A stretch of DNA of 32,000 bases, from contig JAZLJF010000009.1 of the NCBI GenBank assembly GCA_045597305.1, positions 21,891 to 53,890 of the forward strand, written 5' to 3'. This DNA comes from Candidatus Nanosyncoccus sp. (lineage in GTDB: Bacteria; Patescibacteriota; Saccharimonadia; Saccharimonadales; Saccharimonadaceae). Below the pieces are notes generated by a model that saw only the letters and a program-made list of their open reading frames with translations, did no database searches and was not told the origin of the DNA. Made by a program: the position numbers and the translations under genes. Shown one piece after another: positions 24,748-32,000 of this stretch; the stretch's first letter is position 1, and each line of letters opens with the position of its first letter.

Positions 24748-25149
24748 ATGTCACTACAATCTACTGATCAAATCGCTGACTTGATTACTCGCATCCGTAA
24801 TGCTATTCTTGTTAGCAAAAATGAAGTTTCTGTACCAACTTCTAAACTAAAAGTATCTGTGATCGACGGCCTAAAAAAGGGTGGCTATATTGCAGATTAT
24901 GAAATTGAAAAGTCTCATCCACGAGATATACTTCATGTTCTTATTAATAAAGAAGGTGAAGTAGCAAAGATTAACGAAATTTCAAAGGTATCAAAGCCAG
25001 GACGTCGCGTCTATACATCAGCCGACGAAATTCCAGTAATTAAATCTGGCCGTGGAATCGTTCTAATTTCTACATCTAAAGGAATTATGAGCGGTGCAGA
25101 GGCAAAGAAGTTGCGTCTCGGAGGCGAAATTCTAGTAAAAGTTTGGTAA
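24748..25149 (+). CDS. rpsH: ribosomal protein uS8
   Basis: DQIADLITRIRNAILVSKNEVSVP..., GIVLISTSKGIMSGAEAKKLRLGGEILVKVW. Confidence 0.97.
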   Translation: MSLQSTDQIADLITRIRNAILVSKNEVSVPTSKLKVSVIDGLKKGGYIADYEIEKSHPRDILHVLINKEGEVAKINEISKVSKPGRRVYTSADEIPVIKSGRGIVLISTSKGIMSGAEAKKLRLGGEILVKVW

Positions 25150-25163
25150 TCGAACTAAATTTT

Positions 25164-25191
25164 AAAACCAACCAGTAATGGTTGGTTTTTT
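25164..25191 (+). terminator. intrinsic terminator inside the spc-type cluster (after rpsH)
   Basis: ACCAACCA-gtaa-TGGTTGGT followed by TTTTT. A-tract upstream. Confidence 0.75.
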
Positions 25192-25228
25192 GTTTGAAAT
25201 TAATATCTAATTTACGTATTTAAATTGC

Positions 25229-25257
25229 TTGATTTTTTTGCAATTGTGTGATAAAAT
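25229..25257 (+). promoter_or_regulatory. internal promoter upstream of rplF
   Basis: TTGATT (25229-25234), 17 nt, extended -10 TGATAAAAT (25249-25257). Confidence 0.55.
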
Positions 25258-25284
25258 AACAAAGATATTAAACAAGGGACGATT

Positions 25285-25821
25285 ATGAGTCGTATCGGAA
25301 AACTACCTGTAGAGATTCCTGCAGGCGTGACAATTACGGTCGGCGACAAGGAGATTACTGTCGCTGGTCCTAAAGGCACGCTTCAGGTTCCTGTTCAGGC
25401 TAATACTACCACGAAGGTAGAAGATAATAAAATCATCGTAACCCGCAAAGATGACGAGCCAGAGTCAAGAGCTTGGCACGGTCTCCAGCGAGCATTACTT
25501 AATAATGCTGTCATAGGTGTTACGTCAGGTTTTGAGAAAAAACTTGAAATTAACGGAGTTGGTTACCGTCTTTCTGGCGGTGGAAAGCAGATTGAGATGG
25601 CGCTTGGCTTTTCTCACCCTGTTAAATACACTGCACCGGATGGTATTGAACTTAAAGTCGACAAGATGGAAATCACAGTTTCTGGCTCTGATAAGCAGAA
25701 GGTTGGTCAGGTCGCTGCTGAAATCCGTGCTCTAAAGAAACCAGAGCCATACAAGGGTAAAGGCATCAAATATGTTGGTGAGCACATTATCCGTAAGGCT
25801 GGAAAGGCAGGTAAGAAATAA
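25285..25821 (+). CDS. rplF: ribosomal protein uL6
   Basis: MSRIGKLPVEIPAGVTITV...EINGVGYRL...PEPYKGKGIKYVGEHIIRKAGK. Confidence 0.97.
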   Translation: MSRIGKLPVEIPAGVTITVGDKEITVAGPKGTLQVPVQANTTTKVEDNKIIVTRKDDEPESRAWHGLQRALLNNAVIGVTSGFEKKLEINGVGYRLSGGGKQIEMALGFSHPVKYTAPDGIELKVDKMEITVSGSDKQKVGQVAAEIRALKKPEPYKGKGIKYVGEHIIRKAGKAGKK

Positions 25822-26150
25822 TGAAAGCTGAATTTCGTGCAAATCGCACTCGCGCAAAAATTCACGGTACAAGTGAGAGACCTCGCCTTACCGTTCATAT
25901 TAGTAATATGCATATTACAGCTCAATTAATTGATGATGATAAGAAGATTACTCTTGCTTATTCTTCAACAGTCGGAAAGAAATTAACTGGTAATATGACT
26001 GAAAAAGCAGCTGTTATTGGTAAAGAAATTGCTGAAAAAGCTAAGAAAGCCAAAGTAAAAACTGTAGTTTTTGATCGTGGATCAAAGCTATATGCAGGTC
26101 GTATGAGCGCACTTGCAGATGCTGCTCGTAAAGAAGGATTGGAGTTCTAG
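25821..26150 (+). CDS. rplR: ribosomal protein uL18
   Basis: RPRLTVHISNMHITAQLIDD...VVFDRGSKLYAGRMSALADAARKEGLEF. Confidence 0.95.
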   Translation: MKAEFRANRTRAKIHGTSERPRLTVHISNMHITAQLIDDDKKITLAYSSTVGKKLTGNMTEKAAVIGKEIAEKAKKAKVKTVVFDRGSKLYAGRMSALADAARKEGLEF

Positions 26151-26151
26151 T

Positions 26152-26826
26152 ATGGCAGAAAATACTAATCAACCAAAAGTAATCAATAAGTCTGGTACAC
26201 TTAAGATGTCAGATGAAACTGCTGCAACTCGCAAGCAGAAAGATATTGGCGGACGCCCATTCGACCGCCGCAATAATCGACGCCGTGATCGCGTAAAGGC
26301 TGACGTTGCTCCAAAAGAATTTGATGAAGTAACGATTAATATCGATCGTGTTTCTCGTACTGTAAAAGGTGGACGCCGTATGCGCTTCAAAGCACTTGTT
26401 GTTGTTGGAAATCACAAAAACAAGATCGGTGTTGGCGTAGCAAAAGGTGGCGATGTTACTGCTGCTGTTCAAAAAGCTGCTACTAAGGCCAAGAAAAACA
26501 TCGTTGAATTTTACTTGGATGGTGAAACAATTTGTCACGAAGTTGAATCAAAGGTAACTGGGGCTCATGTCTTATTGAAGCCAGCAGCTCCTGGTACAGG
26601 TATTATCGCGGGTGGTGTTGTAAGATCGATTATTGGTCTTACAGGGGTAAAGAATCTTATTTCAAAGAGCTTAGGTTCGACAAATAAGGTAAATATCGCT
26701 TATGCAGTCGTCGAAGGCCTTCGTCAACAGGTCCCACGCAAAGAATGGGCAACAACGAAGACGAAATCTGCTACAGATAAGAAATCTTCTGCGAAGAAGC
26801 CTGCAGCTAAGAAGGAGACTAAGTAA
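26152..26826 (+). CDS. rpsE: ribosomal protein uS5 with N- and C-terminal basic extensions
   Basis: ATG 26152 lies 1 nt after the rplR stop. INIDRVSRTVKGGRRMRFKALVVVGN and GTGIIAGGVVRSIIGLTGVKNLISKSLGSTN are S5 segments. The tracked start 26113 lies inside rplR. Confidence 0.95.
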   Translation: MAENTNQPKVINKSGTLKMSDETAATRKQKDIGGRPFDRRNNRRRDRVKADVAPKEFDEVTINIDRVSRTVKGGRRMRFKALVVVGNHKNKIGVGVAKGGDVTAAVQKAATKAKKNIVEFYLDGETICHEVESKVTGAHVLLKPAAPGTGIIAGGVVRSIIGLTGVKNLISKSLGSTNKVNIAYAVVEGLRQQVPRKEWATTKTKSATDKKSSAKKPAAKKETK

Positions 26827-27314
26827 TGAAATATAATGATCTTATTGTAGAAAAAAATACTCGTCCTAATCGCAAAGGTCGTGGTATCTCTGCTGGACAG
26901 GGAAAGACTGCTGGACGTGGTACTAAGGGTCAAAAAGCTCGTACTGGTCATCGAAAAATGCCAGCCGGATTCATGGGCGGACAGCGTGCAATTATGCAAG
27001 CAGTTCCAAAACTAAAAGGTTTTAAATCAATCCATCCAAAAGCTGAGATTGTCTATACCGACCGCTTAAATGATTTGACTGGTAATGTAGATAATTTTGT
27101 ACTTTTTGAAGCTGGATTAATCTCTACTCCATTCACTAAAGTAAAAGTTATTTCACGTGGCGAAGTTACAGCTAAAATTGATCTTTCCACTCAATTTGCT
27201 TCAAGCTCTGCTGTCGAGTTTATTAAAAAGGCTGGCGGTAGCTTCAAGAAAGCTGATATTCCTGCTCGAAAGGTTTCAGAGGATAGTCGTAAGAGTGAAA
27301 AATCCGATAAGTAA
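26826..27314 (+). CDS. rplO: ribosomal protein uL15
   Basis: NRKGRGISAGQGKTAGRGTKGQKARTG. It starts on the rpsE stop (TAATG), so no rpmD lies between them. Confidence 0.95.
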   Translation: MKYNDLIVEKNTRPNRKGRGISAGQGKTAGRGTKGQKARTGHRKMPAGFMGGQRAIMQAVPKLKGFKSIHPKAEIVYTDRLNDLTGNVDNFVLFEAGLISTPFTKVKVISRGEVTAKIDLSTQFASSSAVEFIKKAGGSFKKADIPARKVSEDSRKSEKSDK

Positions 27315-27332
27315 TAATTAGCTTATCTCAAT

Positions 27333-27359
27333 AAAAGCCTCCATAGAGAGGCTTTTTTT
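27333..27359 (+). terminator. intrinsic terminator after rplO
   Basis: AGCCTC-cataga-GAGGCT followed by T7. Confidence 0.8.
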
Positions 27360-27377
27360 GATTTTTATCTATTTTTC

Positions 27378-27407
27378 TTCGCAAATCTGATAAATCTATG
27401 ATATTAT
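27378..27407 (+). promoter_or_regulatory. putative secY promoter
   Basis: TTCGCA (27378-27383), 18 nt, extended -10 TGATATTAT (27399-27407). Weaker match than the others. Confidence 0.4.
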
Positions 27408-27428
27408 AGATAAAGAAAGAAGAGTTAT

Positions 27429-28844
27429 ATGCATTTCAAGACTATTTTTAAATCATTTTTGAATAAAGACATGCGCAAACGTATACTCATTGTGCTTGGT
27501 ATTTTTCTTGCTTACCGTTTTCTCGCTCATGTTCCAGTACCACTTGGTGATGCGAACACTTTTAAGGAAGCAGTTGAAAATCTAGTCTCGAAATCCGATT
27601 TTAGTAATTTCTTGAATTTAATTTCTGGTGGCGGACTTACCTCTCTTTCAATTATTCTTGTAGGTTTATCTCCCTTTATTACATCTTCAATCGTTGTTCA
27701 ACTCATTACGAAAGCTATACCGAAGCTTGAAGAGTTATCACAAGATGGTGAGACTGGTCGTCGTAAAATTAACCAATGGACGCGTCGTCTCACTATACCT
27801 CTAGCTATTGTCCAGTCTATTGCGTATATTTTCATCTTAAGAGAGTCAGCCCTTGCAAATACAACTACTGATATTACGCTGTCTTCCGGCCAATGGATTT
27901 TAGCCGTTACATCTATGACAGCCGGTTCAGTTATTCTAATGTGGCTTGGCGAACTTATGACTGAGCAAGGCATCGGAAATGGTATATCTATGATTATTTT
28001 TGCATCTATTATCTCTCAGTTGCCTACTACATTAGCTTCACTAGGAACTACATTATTTAATACTAGTGAAGGTACATTATCTCTCTTTGGCTGGTTCAAT
28101 TTGCCTGTAAATCCTACTGCATTTTGGATTATTCTTGGATTTGCTGTCGCACTTCTTGTCGTGATTTACTTCCTTGTAAAACTAAACGAAGCGCAGCGTA
28201 TTATTACTATAAATTATGCAAAGCGCGTTCACGGTAATAGTAGTTACGGAGGAATTAAATCTATTCTCCCAATTAAATTGATTGCAGCCGGTGTTATTCC
28301 TGTTATCTTTGCGACTTCATTCTTGGCGCTTCCATCCTTAATTGGACAGCTTATTCAATCATTTGATCCTGGAAATAGCTTTGGGCAAACTTTGACGACT
28401 TTGTTTACTGCTCCTTCAGCTCAAAATTTTTCAGCTATGTATCCTAATGGTATTACAGCGCAGTGGTTCCTTTATCCTGCAATGTATTTTGTTTTGGTTG
28501 TGTTATTTACCTATTTTTATACGTCAATCATCTTCAATACAAACGAAATAGCTGACAACTTACAGAAGCAGGGCGGCTTTATCGAAGGCGTCCGTCCTGG
28601 TATCACTACGGCAAATTATCTTTCGAAAGTAGTAAATCGACTAAATCTCTTTGGAGCATTTGCGCTCGGTGTAATTGCGATGTTGCCTTTTATCACAGAT
28701 TATGTCTTTATTATGACCTTAGGATACCCGATTGGCTTATCTATCTCTGGAACTGGGCTATTAATTGTCGTTACAGTAGCACTAGAAAGTCTTCGACAGC
28801 TTGATTCGCGAGCTTTGATGATAACTTACGACGATTACAAGTAA
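27429..28844 (+). CDS. secY: preprotein translocase subunit SecY
   Basis: 471 aa with multiple TM helices. GGGLTSLSIILVGLSPFITSSIVVQL and LGELMTEQGIGNGISMIIFASI. Confidence 0.97.
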   Translation: MHFKTIFKSFLNKDMRKRILIVLGIFLAYRFLAHVPVPLGDANTFKEAVENLVSKSDFSNFLNLISGGGLTSLSIILVGLSPFITSSIVVQLITKAIPKLEELSQDGETGRRKINQWTRRLTIPLAIVQSIAYIFILRESALANTTTDITLSSGQWILAVTSMTAGSVILMWLGELMTEQGIGNGISMIIFASIISQLPTTLASLGTTLFNTSEGTLSLFGWFNLPVNPTAFWIILGFAVALLVVIYFLVKLNEAQRIITINYAKRVHGNSSYGGIKSILPIKLIAAGVIPVIFATSFLALPSLIGQLIQSFDPGNSFGQTLTTLFTAPSAQNFSAMYPNGITAQWFLYPAMYFVLVVLFTYFYTSIIFNTNEIADNLQKQGGFIEGVRPGITTANYLSKVVNRLNLFGAFALGVIAMLPFITDYVFIMTLGYPIGLSISGTGLLIVVTVALESLRQLDSRALMITYDDYK

Positions 28845-28853
28845 AGGGGAAAT

Positions 28854-29717
28854 ATGGCATTGAAGATAAACTGGAAGAAGAAACTTCCGCAAATTATAAC
28901 AGGCGTGATAGTGCTTATGCTTGCTACTTTTATAATTCGTGTTGCTATATGGGAGGCAGATTATTATAGTCGAATGGAGGGTTCAGAACGTAAAATTGTT
29001 GATAGTAGTACTTCTGTGCCTGATTCCGTTGAGGACGTTGATGAGACAAACGTGGATGAATTTATGAAAGCTGCGCATCAGGTAGCGGCTGATCGTCCTA
29101 GATTTCTGTCGATTGAAAAACTCAGTATTGACAGAGCTCGTATCTTTGAGACTGGCGTAAATGTTAATGGACAGATGCAGACACCAGTGAATATCTTTGA
29201 TGTTGGATGGTATCGCGGATCAGATAAGCCGGGATTTGGTGGGACAGCTGTAATTGATGGACATAATGGAGGTCCGACTATGGAGGGTGTTTTCAAACAT
29301 CTTCCTGAGTTGTCGCAAGATGACATTATCCTTATTGAACGGGGTGACGGAAAGTTTTTTCGCTATAAAGTAGTTGAAAATGTCACAGTTTCTCTTAATG
29401 ATGCTGATTCCTATATGAAAAATGCATTCATTTCTCCTGTGGTCGGGAAAGAATCTTTGACTCTTATTACCTGTACTGGTGAATGGTCTCAAGTTCAGCA
29501 GACATACCTTTCGCGACAGTTTGTACGTGCTGTTCTTGTAGAAAATGAGACAAATTTTAAAGAAACTAAAATAATTAACGAACTCGAAGAGAATAGAAAA
29601 AAGAAAGAAGAAGAGGAAAAGCAAAAAGCGATAGAAGAAGCTGTTGAAGCTGAAATCCGTCGACGTCAGGCCGAAGAAGATGAGAAGAATGATTCTACTA
29701 TAATTCGAGGTCAATAA
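28854..29717 (+). CDS. sortase-family transpeptidase (class E/F-like) with N-terminal TM anchor and K/E-rich C-terminal tail
   Basis: TM segment LPQIITGVIVLMLATFIIRVAIW. The catalytic triad context is AVIDGHNGG (His), LTLITCTG (TLxTC Cys) and YLSRQFVRAVL (Arg). GWYRGSDKPGFGG is typical of actinobacterial-type sortases. It starts 9 nt after secY. Confidence 0.75.
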   Translation: MALKINWKKKLPQIITGVIVLMLATFIIRVAIWEADYYSRMEGSERKIVDSSTSVPDSVEDVDETNVDEFMKAAHQVAADRPRFLSIEKLSIDRARIFETGVNVNGQMQTPVNIFDVGWYRGSDKPGFGGTAVIDGHNGGPTMEGVFKHLPELSQDDIILIERGDGKFFRYKVVENVTVSLNDADSYMKNAFISPVVGKESLTLITCTGEWSQVQQTYLSRQFVRAVLVENETNFKETKIINELEENRKKKEEEEKQKAIEEAVEAEIRRRQAEEDEKNDSTIIRGQ

Positions 29718-29728
29718 TTAAAAAAGTA

Positions 29729-29757
29729 TTTACTTTATTTTATGTTCGTGATAAAAT
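29729..29757 (+). promoter_or_regulatory. infA promoter (very short leader)
   Basis: TTTACT (29729-29734), 17 nt, extended -10 TGATAAAAT (29749-29757). ATG 29771 lies only 13 nt after the -10 hexamer. Confidence 0.55.
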
Positions 29758-29770
29758 AAAGAAGTAATTT

Positions 29771-29995
29771 ATGGCTAGTCAAAAGGAAGTGATAGAACTC
29801 ACCGGCAAAGTCGTTGAGGCTTTACCTAATACCCAATTTCGGGTTGAACTCGAGAATGGTCATATTATTATTGCCCATATGAGCGGAAAAATGCGTAAAA
29901 ACTATATTCGTCTCGTACCGGGTGATAAGGTGAAGGTTGAGTTGACCCCTTATGATCTCACGAAGGGGCGCATCAGTTTTCGCCTAAAAGATTAA
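29771..29995 (+). CDS. infA: translation initiation factor IF-1
   Basis: 74 aa. [60 protein letters not shown]. Confidence 0.97.
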   Translation: MASQKEVIELTGKVVEALPNTQFRVELENGHIIIAHMSGKMRKNYIRLVPGDKVKVELTPYDLTKGRISFRLKD

Positions 29996-30003
29996 TATTA
30001 ACT

Positions 30004-30020
30004 GTTGTAAAAATTACAAC
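30004..30020. repeat. palindrome GTTGTAA-aaa-TTACAAC
   Basis: 7-bp inverted repeat 9 nt after the infA stop. It is related to the palindrome at 30142-30160. Confidence 0.6.
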
Positions 30021-30141
30021 AATTCTGAGTAGCGATTCATCTTTTGAACTATTCAATTTAAGTTTATTTTATTTAAGTCTTCCCGACTAGCCAGAATAAG
30101 ATATGACATAAATTAAATAATTCGAGTGATCTTGCGAAGAA

Positions 30142-30160
30142 TTGTAAAAAATCTTTACAA
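30142..30160. repeat. palindrome TTGTAAA-aaatc-TTTACAA
   Basis: 7-bp inverted repeat 30 nt upstream of rpmJ. It shares TTGTAAAAA...TTACAAC with 30004-30020. Confidence 0.6.
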
Positions 30161-30189
30161 CTACTAATAAGGAAAGGATTTTGACACTT

Positions 30190-30306
30190 ATGAAAGTACG
30201 TGCAAGTGTTAAAAAAATCTCCCCTGATGACATCATCGTTCGCAGAAAAGGCGTTCTTCGTGTCATCAATAAGAAGAAACCTAAGAATAAGCAAAGGCAG
30301 GGTTAA
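30190..30306 (+). CDS. rpmJ: ribosomal protein bL36, form lacking all four zinc ligands
   Basis: Not in the ORF track because it is under 60 aa. Translation is [38 protein letters not shown] (38 aa). AAGGAAAGGA SD. The canonical Cys/Cys/Cys/His positions are S, D, N and N. Confidence 0.9.
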   Translation: MKVRASVKKISPDDIIVRRKGVLRVINKKKPKNKQRQG

Positions 30307-30308
30307 GC

Positions 30309-30695
30309 ATGGCAAGAATTGCGAGTGTTGTTATCCCTAACGATAAACAGGTATGGATTGCTCTTACCTATGTTTACGGTATTGGACGCACAACATCAAA
30401 GGCCATCCTTGCGGAGGCTAAAATAGAGCCTACCACTCGGGTGAAAGATCTCACCGAGGCTGAGGAACAAAAAATCAATGATATTATTTCAAATAAATAT
30501 CATGTTGAAGGTGATCTCAGACGCCTCGTGACAAATAATATTAAACGCATCAAGGATATTAATTCCTATAAGGGACTTCGCCATAAGGCAAAGTTACCAG
30601 TCAACGGACAGCGTACTCGTACGAACGCACGCACTCGTAAAGGTAAAGCTATCGCAGTTGGTGGTGCACAACCAAAGGCAGCAAGTAAGACATAG
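30309..30695 (+). CDS. rpsM: ribosomal protein uS13
   Basis: [34 protein letters not shown]... Confidence 0.97.
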   Translation: MARIASVVIPNDKQVWIALTYVYGIGRTTSKAILAEAKIEPTTRVKDLTEAEEQKINDIISNKYHVEGDLRRLVTNNIKRIKDINSYKGLRHKAKLPVNGQRTRTNARTRKGKAIAVGGAQPKAASKT

Positions 30696-30709
30696 GAAAG
30701 GAGTAAAAA

Positions 30710-31180
30710 ATGGCAGAAGAAGAAATTAAGAAAACTGAAGCTGTTGAAGCTCCTGCTGAAGCTACAAAGGCTGAAGCAACTGAAGAAGCTCCAAAAGCTG
30801 CAAGCAAAAGGTCGAAGAAGGGCAAACGAGTCGTTACTTCCGGCCAAATGCATATTCAAGCAACATTTAACAATACAATTATCAGCTTTTCTGATAAAAA
30901 AGGCGAAGTACTTTCTAGTTCTTCCGCTGGAGCAAATGGCTTCCGTGGTAGCAAGAAAGGTACTGCATATGCAGCACAAATCGCCGCAGAGAAGGCTGCT
31001 GAAATCGTGAAGAAAGATCACGGCATGAATAGCGTAGATGTCTACGTAAAAGGTATCGGTCTTGGTCGTGATAGCGCTATTCGCGCAGTTTCAGCTGTAG
31101 GAATGAAAATTGACAGTATCACCGATTTGACTCCAATTGCTCACGGTGGTGTCCGTCCTAAGGGAGAAAGGAAACCATAA
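30710..31180 (+). CDS. rpsK: ribosomal protein uS11 with A/E-rich N-terminal extension
   Basis: GQMHIQATFNNTIISFSDKKGEVLSSSSAG...GRDSAIRAV...ITDLTPIAHGGVRPKGERKP. Confidence 0.96.
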   Translation: MAEEEIKKTEAVEAPAEATKAEATEEAPKAASKRSKKGKRVVTSGQMHIQATFNNTIISFSDKKGEVLSSSSAGANGFRGSKKGTAYAAQIAAEKAAEIVKKDHGMNSVDVYVKGIGLGRDSAIRAVSAVGMKIDSITDLTPIAHGGVRPKGERKP

Positions 31181-31797
31181 TGGCAAGAGATAAATCACCT
31201 ATTGTTAAACAAAGCCGTCGCGAGGGCTATGCTCTTGCACCAAAAGCTCAGAAGGTAATGGCTAAAAAGACTGGTATCCCAGGTCAGCACTCAGACATGC
31301 GCGTCCGTGGTGGAAGTCTTTACCTTACGCAACTTCGCGAAAAACAGAAAGTTCGTCGCATCTATGGTCTTTTGGAAAAACAATTTGCTAAATTGATGAA
31401 AGAAGCACAACGCGCTGAAGGTCTTACAGGCGAGAACCTCCTTCAATTCCTAGAGAGACGCGTTGATAACGTTGTTTATCGTGCAGGTTTTGCTACGACT
31501 CGACGTGGTGCTCGTCAATTAGTATCACACGGCCACTTCATTCTGAATGGAAAGAGAATCGATATTCCTTCAATCAGATTGAAGCCAGGAGATGTACTCG
31601 AAGTACGTTCTAAATCTCAGAAATCACAATATTTCAAAAATTTGGAACAAATCATCGGTGCAGCAGGTCAAAATACCGTATCTTGGATTAAGGCTGATGG
31701 TAAGAAGATGAAAATCGAAGTAACCGGTTTGCCAAAGCGCGAAGAAGCAGAGGCGGGCATTAACGAACAATTAATCGTTGAGTACTACTCACGCTAA
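31180..31797 (+). CDS. rpsD: ribosomal protein uS4
   Basis: 205 aa. [22 protein letters not shown]..., [39 protein letters not shown]. Confidence 0.97.
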   Translation: MARDKSPIVKQSRREGYALAPKAQKVMAKKTGIPGQHSDMRVRGGSLYLTQLREKQKVRRIYGLLEKQFAKLMKEAQRAEGLTGENLLQFLERRVDNVVYRAGFATTRRGARQLVSHGHFILNGKRIDIPSIRLKPGDVLEVRSKSQKSQYFKNLEQIIGAAGQNTVSWIKADGKKMKIEVTGLPKREEAEAGINEQLIVEYYSR

Positions 31798-31813
31798 GGA
31801 GGAAGAACAATTT

Positions 31814-32000
31814 ATGACTACTAAAGTTATTCACGAAGCAAACCTTGCAGAGGTGAATGATCTCGGTGAGAATAGTGCCGAATTTGTTATCCGTCCATTG
31901 TATTATGGCTACGGTAATACACTTGGTAACTCTCTCCGACGTGTTCTCCTTTCAAGTATCAAAGGTGCTGCGATTACATCATTTAGCATCGAAGGTACAA
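31814..32000 (+). CDS. rpoA: DNA-directed RNA polymerase alpha subunit, N-terminal fragment (runs off window)
   Basis: ATG 31814 follows AAGGAGG. Translation is [62 protein letters not shown]. Confidence 0.9.
   Translation, partial: MTTKVIHEANLAEVNDLGENSAEFVIRPLYYGYGNTLGNSLRRVLLSSIKGAAITSFSIEGT

Noticed and set aside
161-31021. Numerous minus-strand and alternate-frame ORFs in the track (for example 161-589 -, 4764-5297 -, 12197-12463 -, 15262-15722 -, 20206-20577 -, 26209-26538 -, 29220-29714 -, 30566-31021 -, 10023-10376 +, 14113-14379 +, 21272-21541 +, 25517-25735 +).
   Set aside because: Each lies entirely inside a strongly supported conserved + strand gene. Each has odd, low-complexity composition typical of antisense or shifted frames, no SD, and no recognisable motif.
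1-32000. Search for tRNA, rRNA, tmRNA/SRP-like RNAs, CRISPR repeats and IS/transposase or integrase genes.
   Set aside because: No intergenic segment shows cloverleaf-type conserved blocks (for example GTTCGAATC-like T-arms), regularly spaced repeats or terminal inverted repeats. All long ORFs are accounted for by other calls.

Overview
All 42 supported genes lie on the + strand in a tightly packed core information-processing region of a low-GC bacterium. No rRNA, tRNA, CRISPR array or IS/transposase was seen. Order: dnaE 3' end, SpoU-type methyltransferase, Y-family DNA polymerase plus a mini YolD-like ORF, leuS, L32-like, nusB, Nudix hydrolase, rnc, [orphan two-gene cassette], rpsP, khpA-like KH protein, [promoter/terminator leader plus orphan gene], [candidate minus-strand sRNA], rpoB, rpoC, then rplC-rplD-rplW-rplB-rpsS-rplV-rpsC-rplP-rpsQ-rplN-rplX-rplE-rpsN-rpsH | rplF-rplR-rpsE-rplO | secY-sortase | infA | rpmJ-rpsM-rpsK-rpsD-rpoA(5' end). 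Ten gene junctions use a 1-nt TAATG stop/start overlap. Intergenic regions carry easily read sigma70-type promoters, often with an extended -10 such as GTGATAAAAT, and GC-stem/U-tract terminators. The r-protein cluster departs from the canonical order. There is no rpsJ upstream of rplC, no rpmC between rplP and rpsQ, no rpmD between rpsE and rplO, and a sortase-family gene where adk/map usually sit. The missing L30, the compaction and the charged tails on many core proteins suggest a reduced-genome Patescibacteria/CPR (Saccharibacteria-like) organism, but this is inference. The best candidates for something undescribed are three. First, the AT-rich two-gene cassette at 8.1-9.3 kb, with a private promoter and an operator-like palindrome. 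Second, the consensus-promoter to terminator leader at 10.34-10.45 kb, in front of an orphan gene. Third, a promoter-to-terminator unit on the minus strand at 10.9-11.07 kb, upstream of rpoB. None could be assigned to a known family by eye, and all functional readings are hypotheses.
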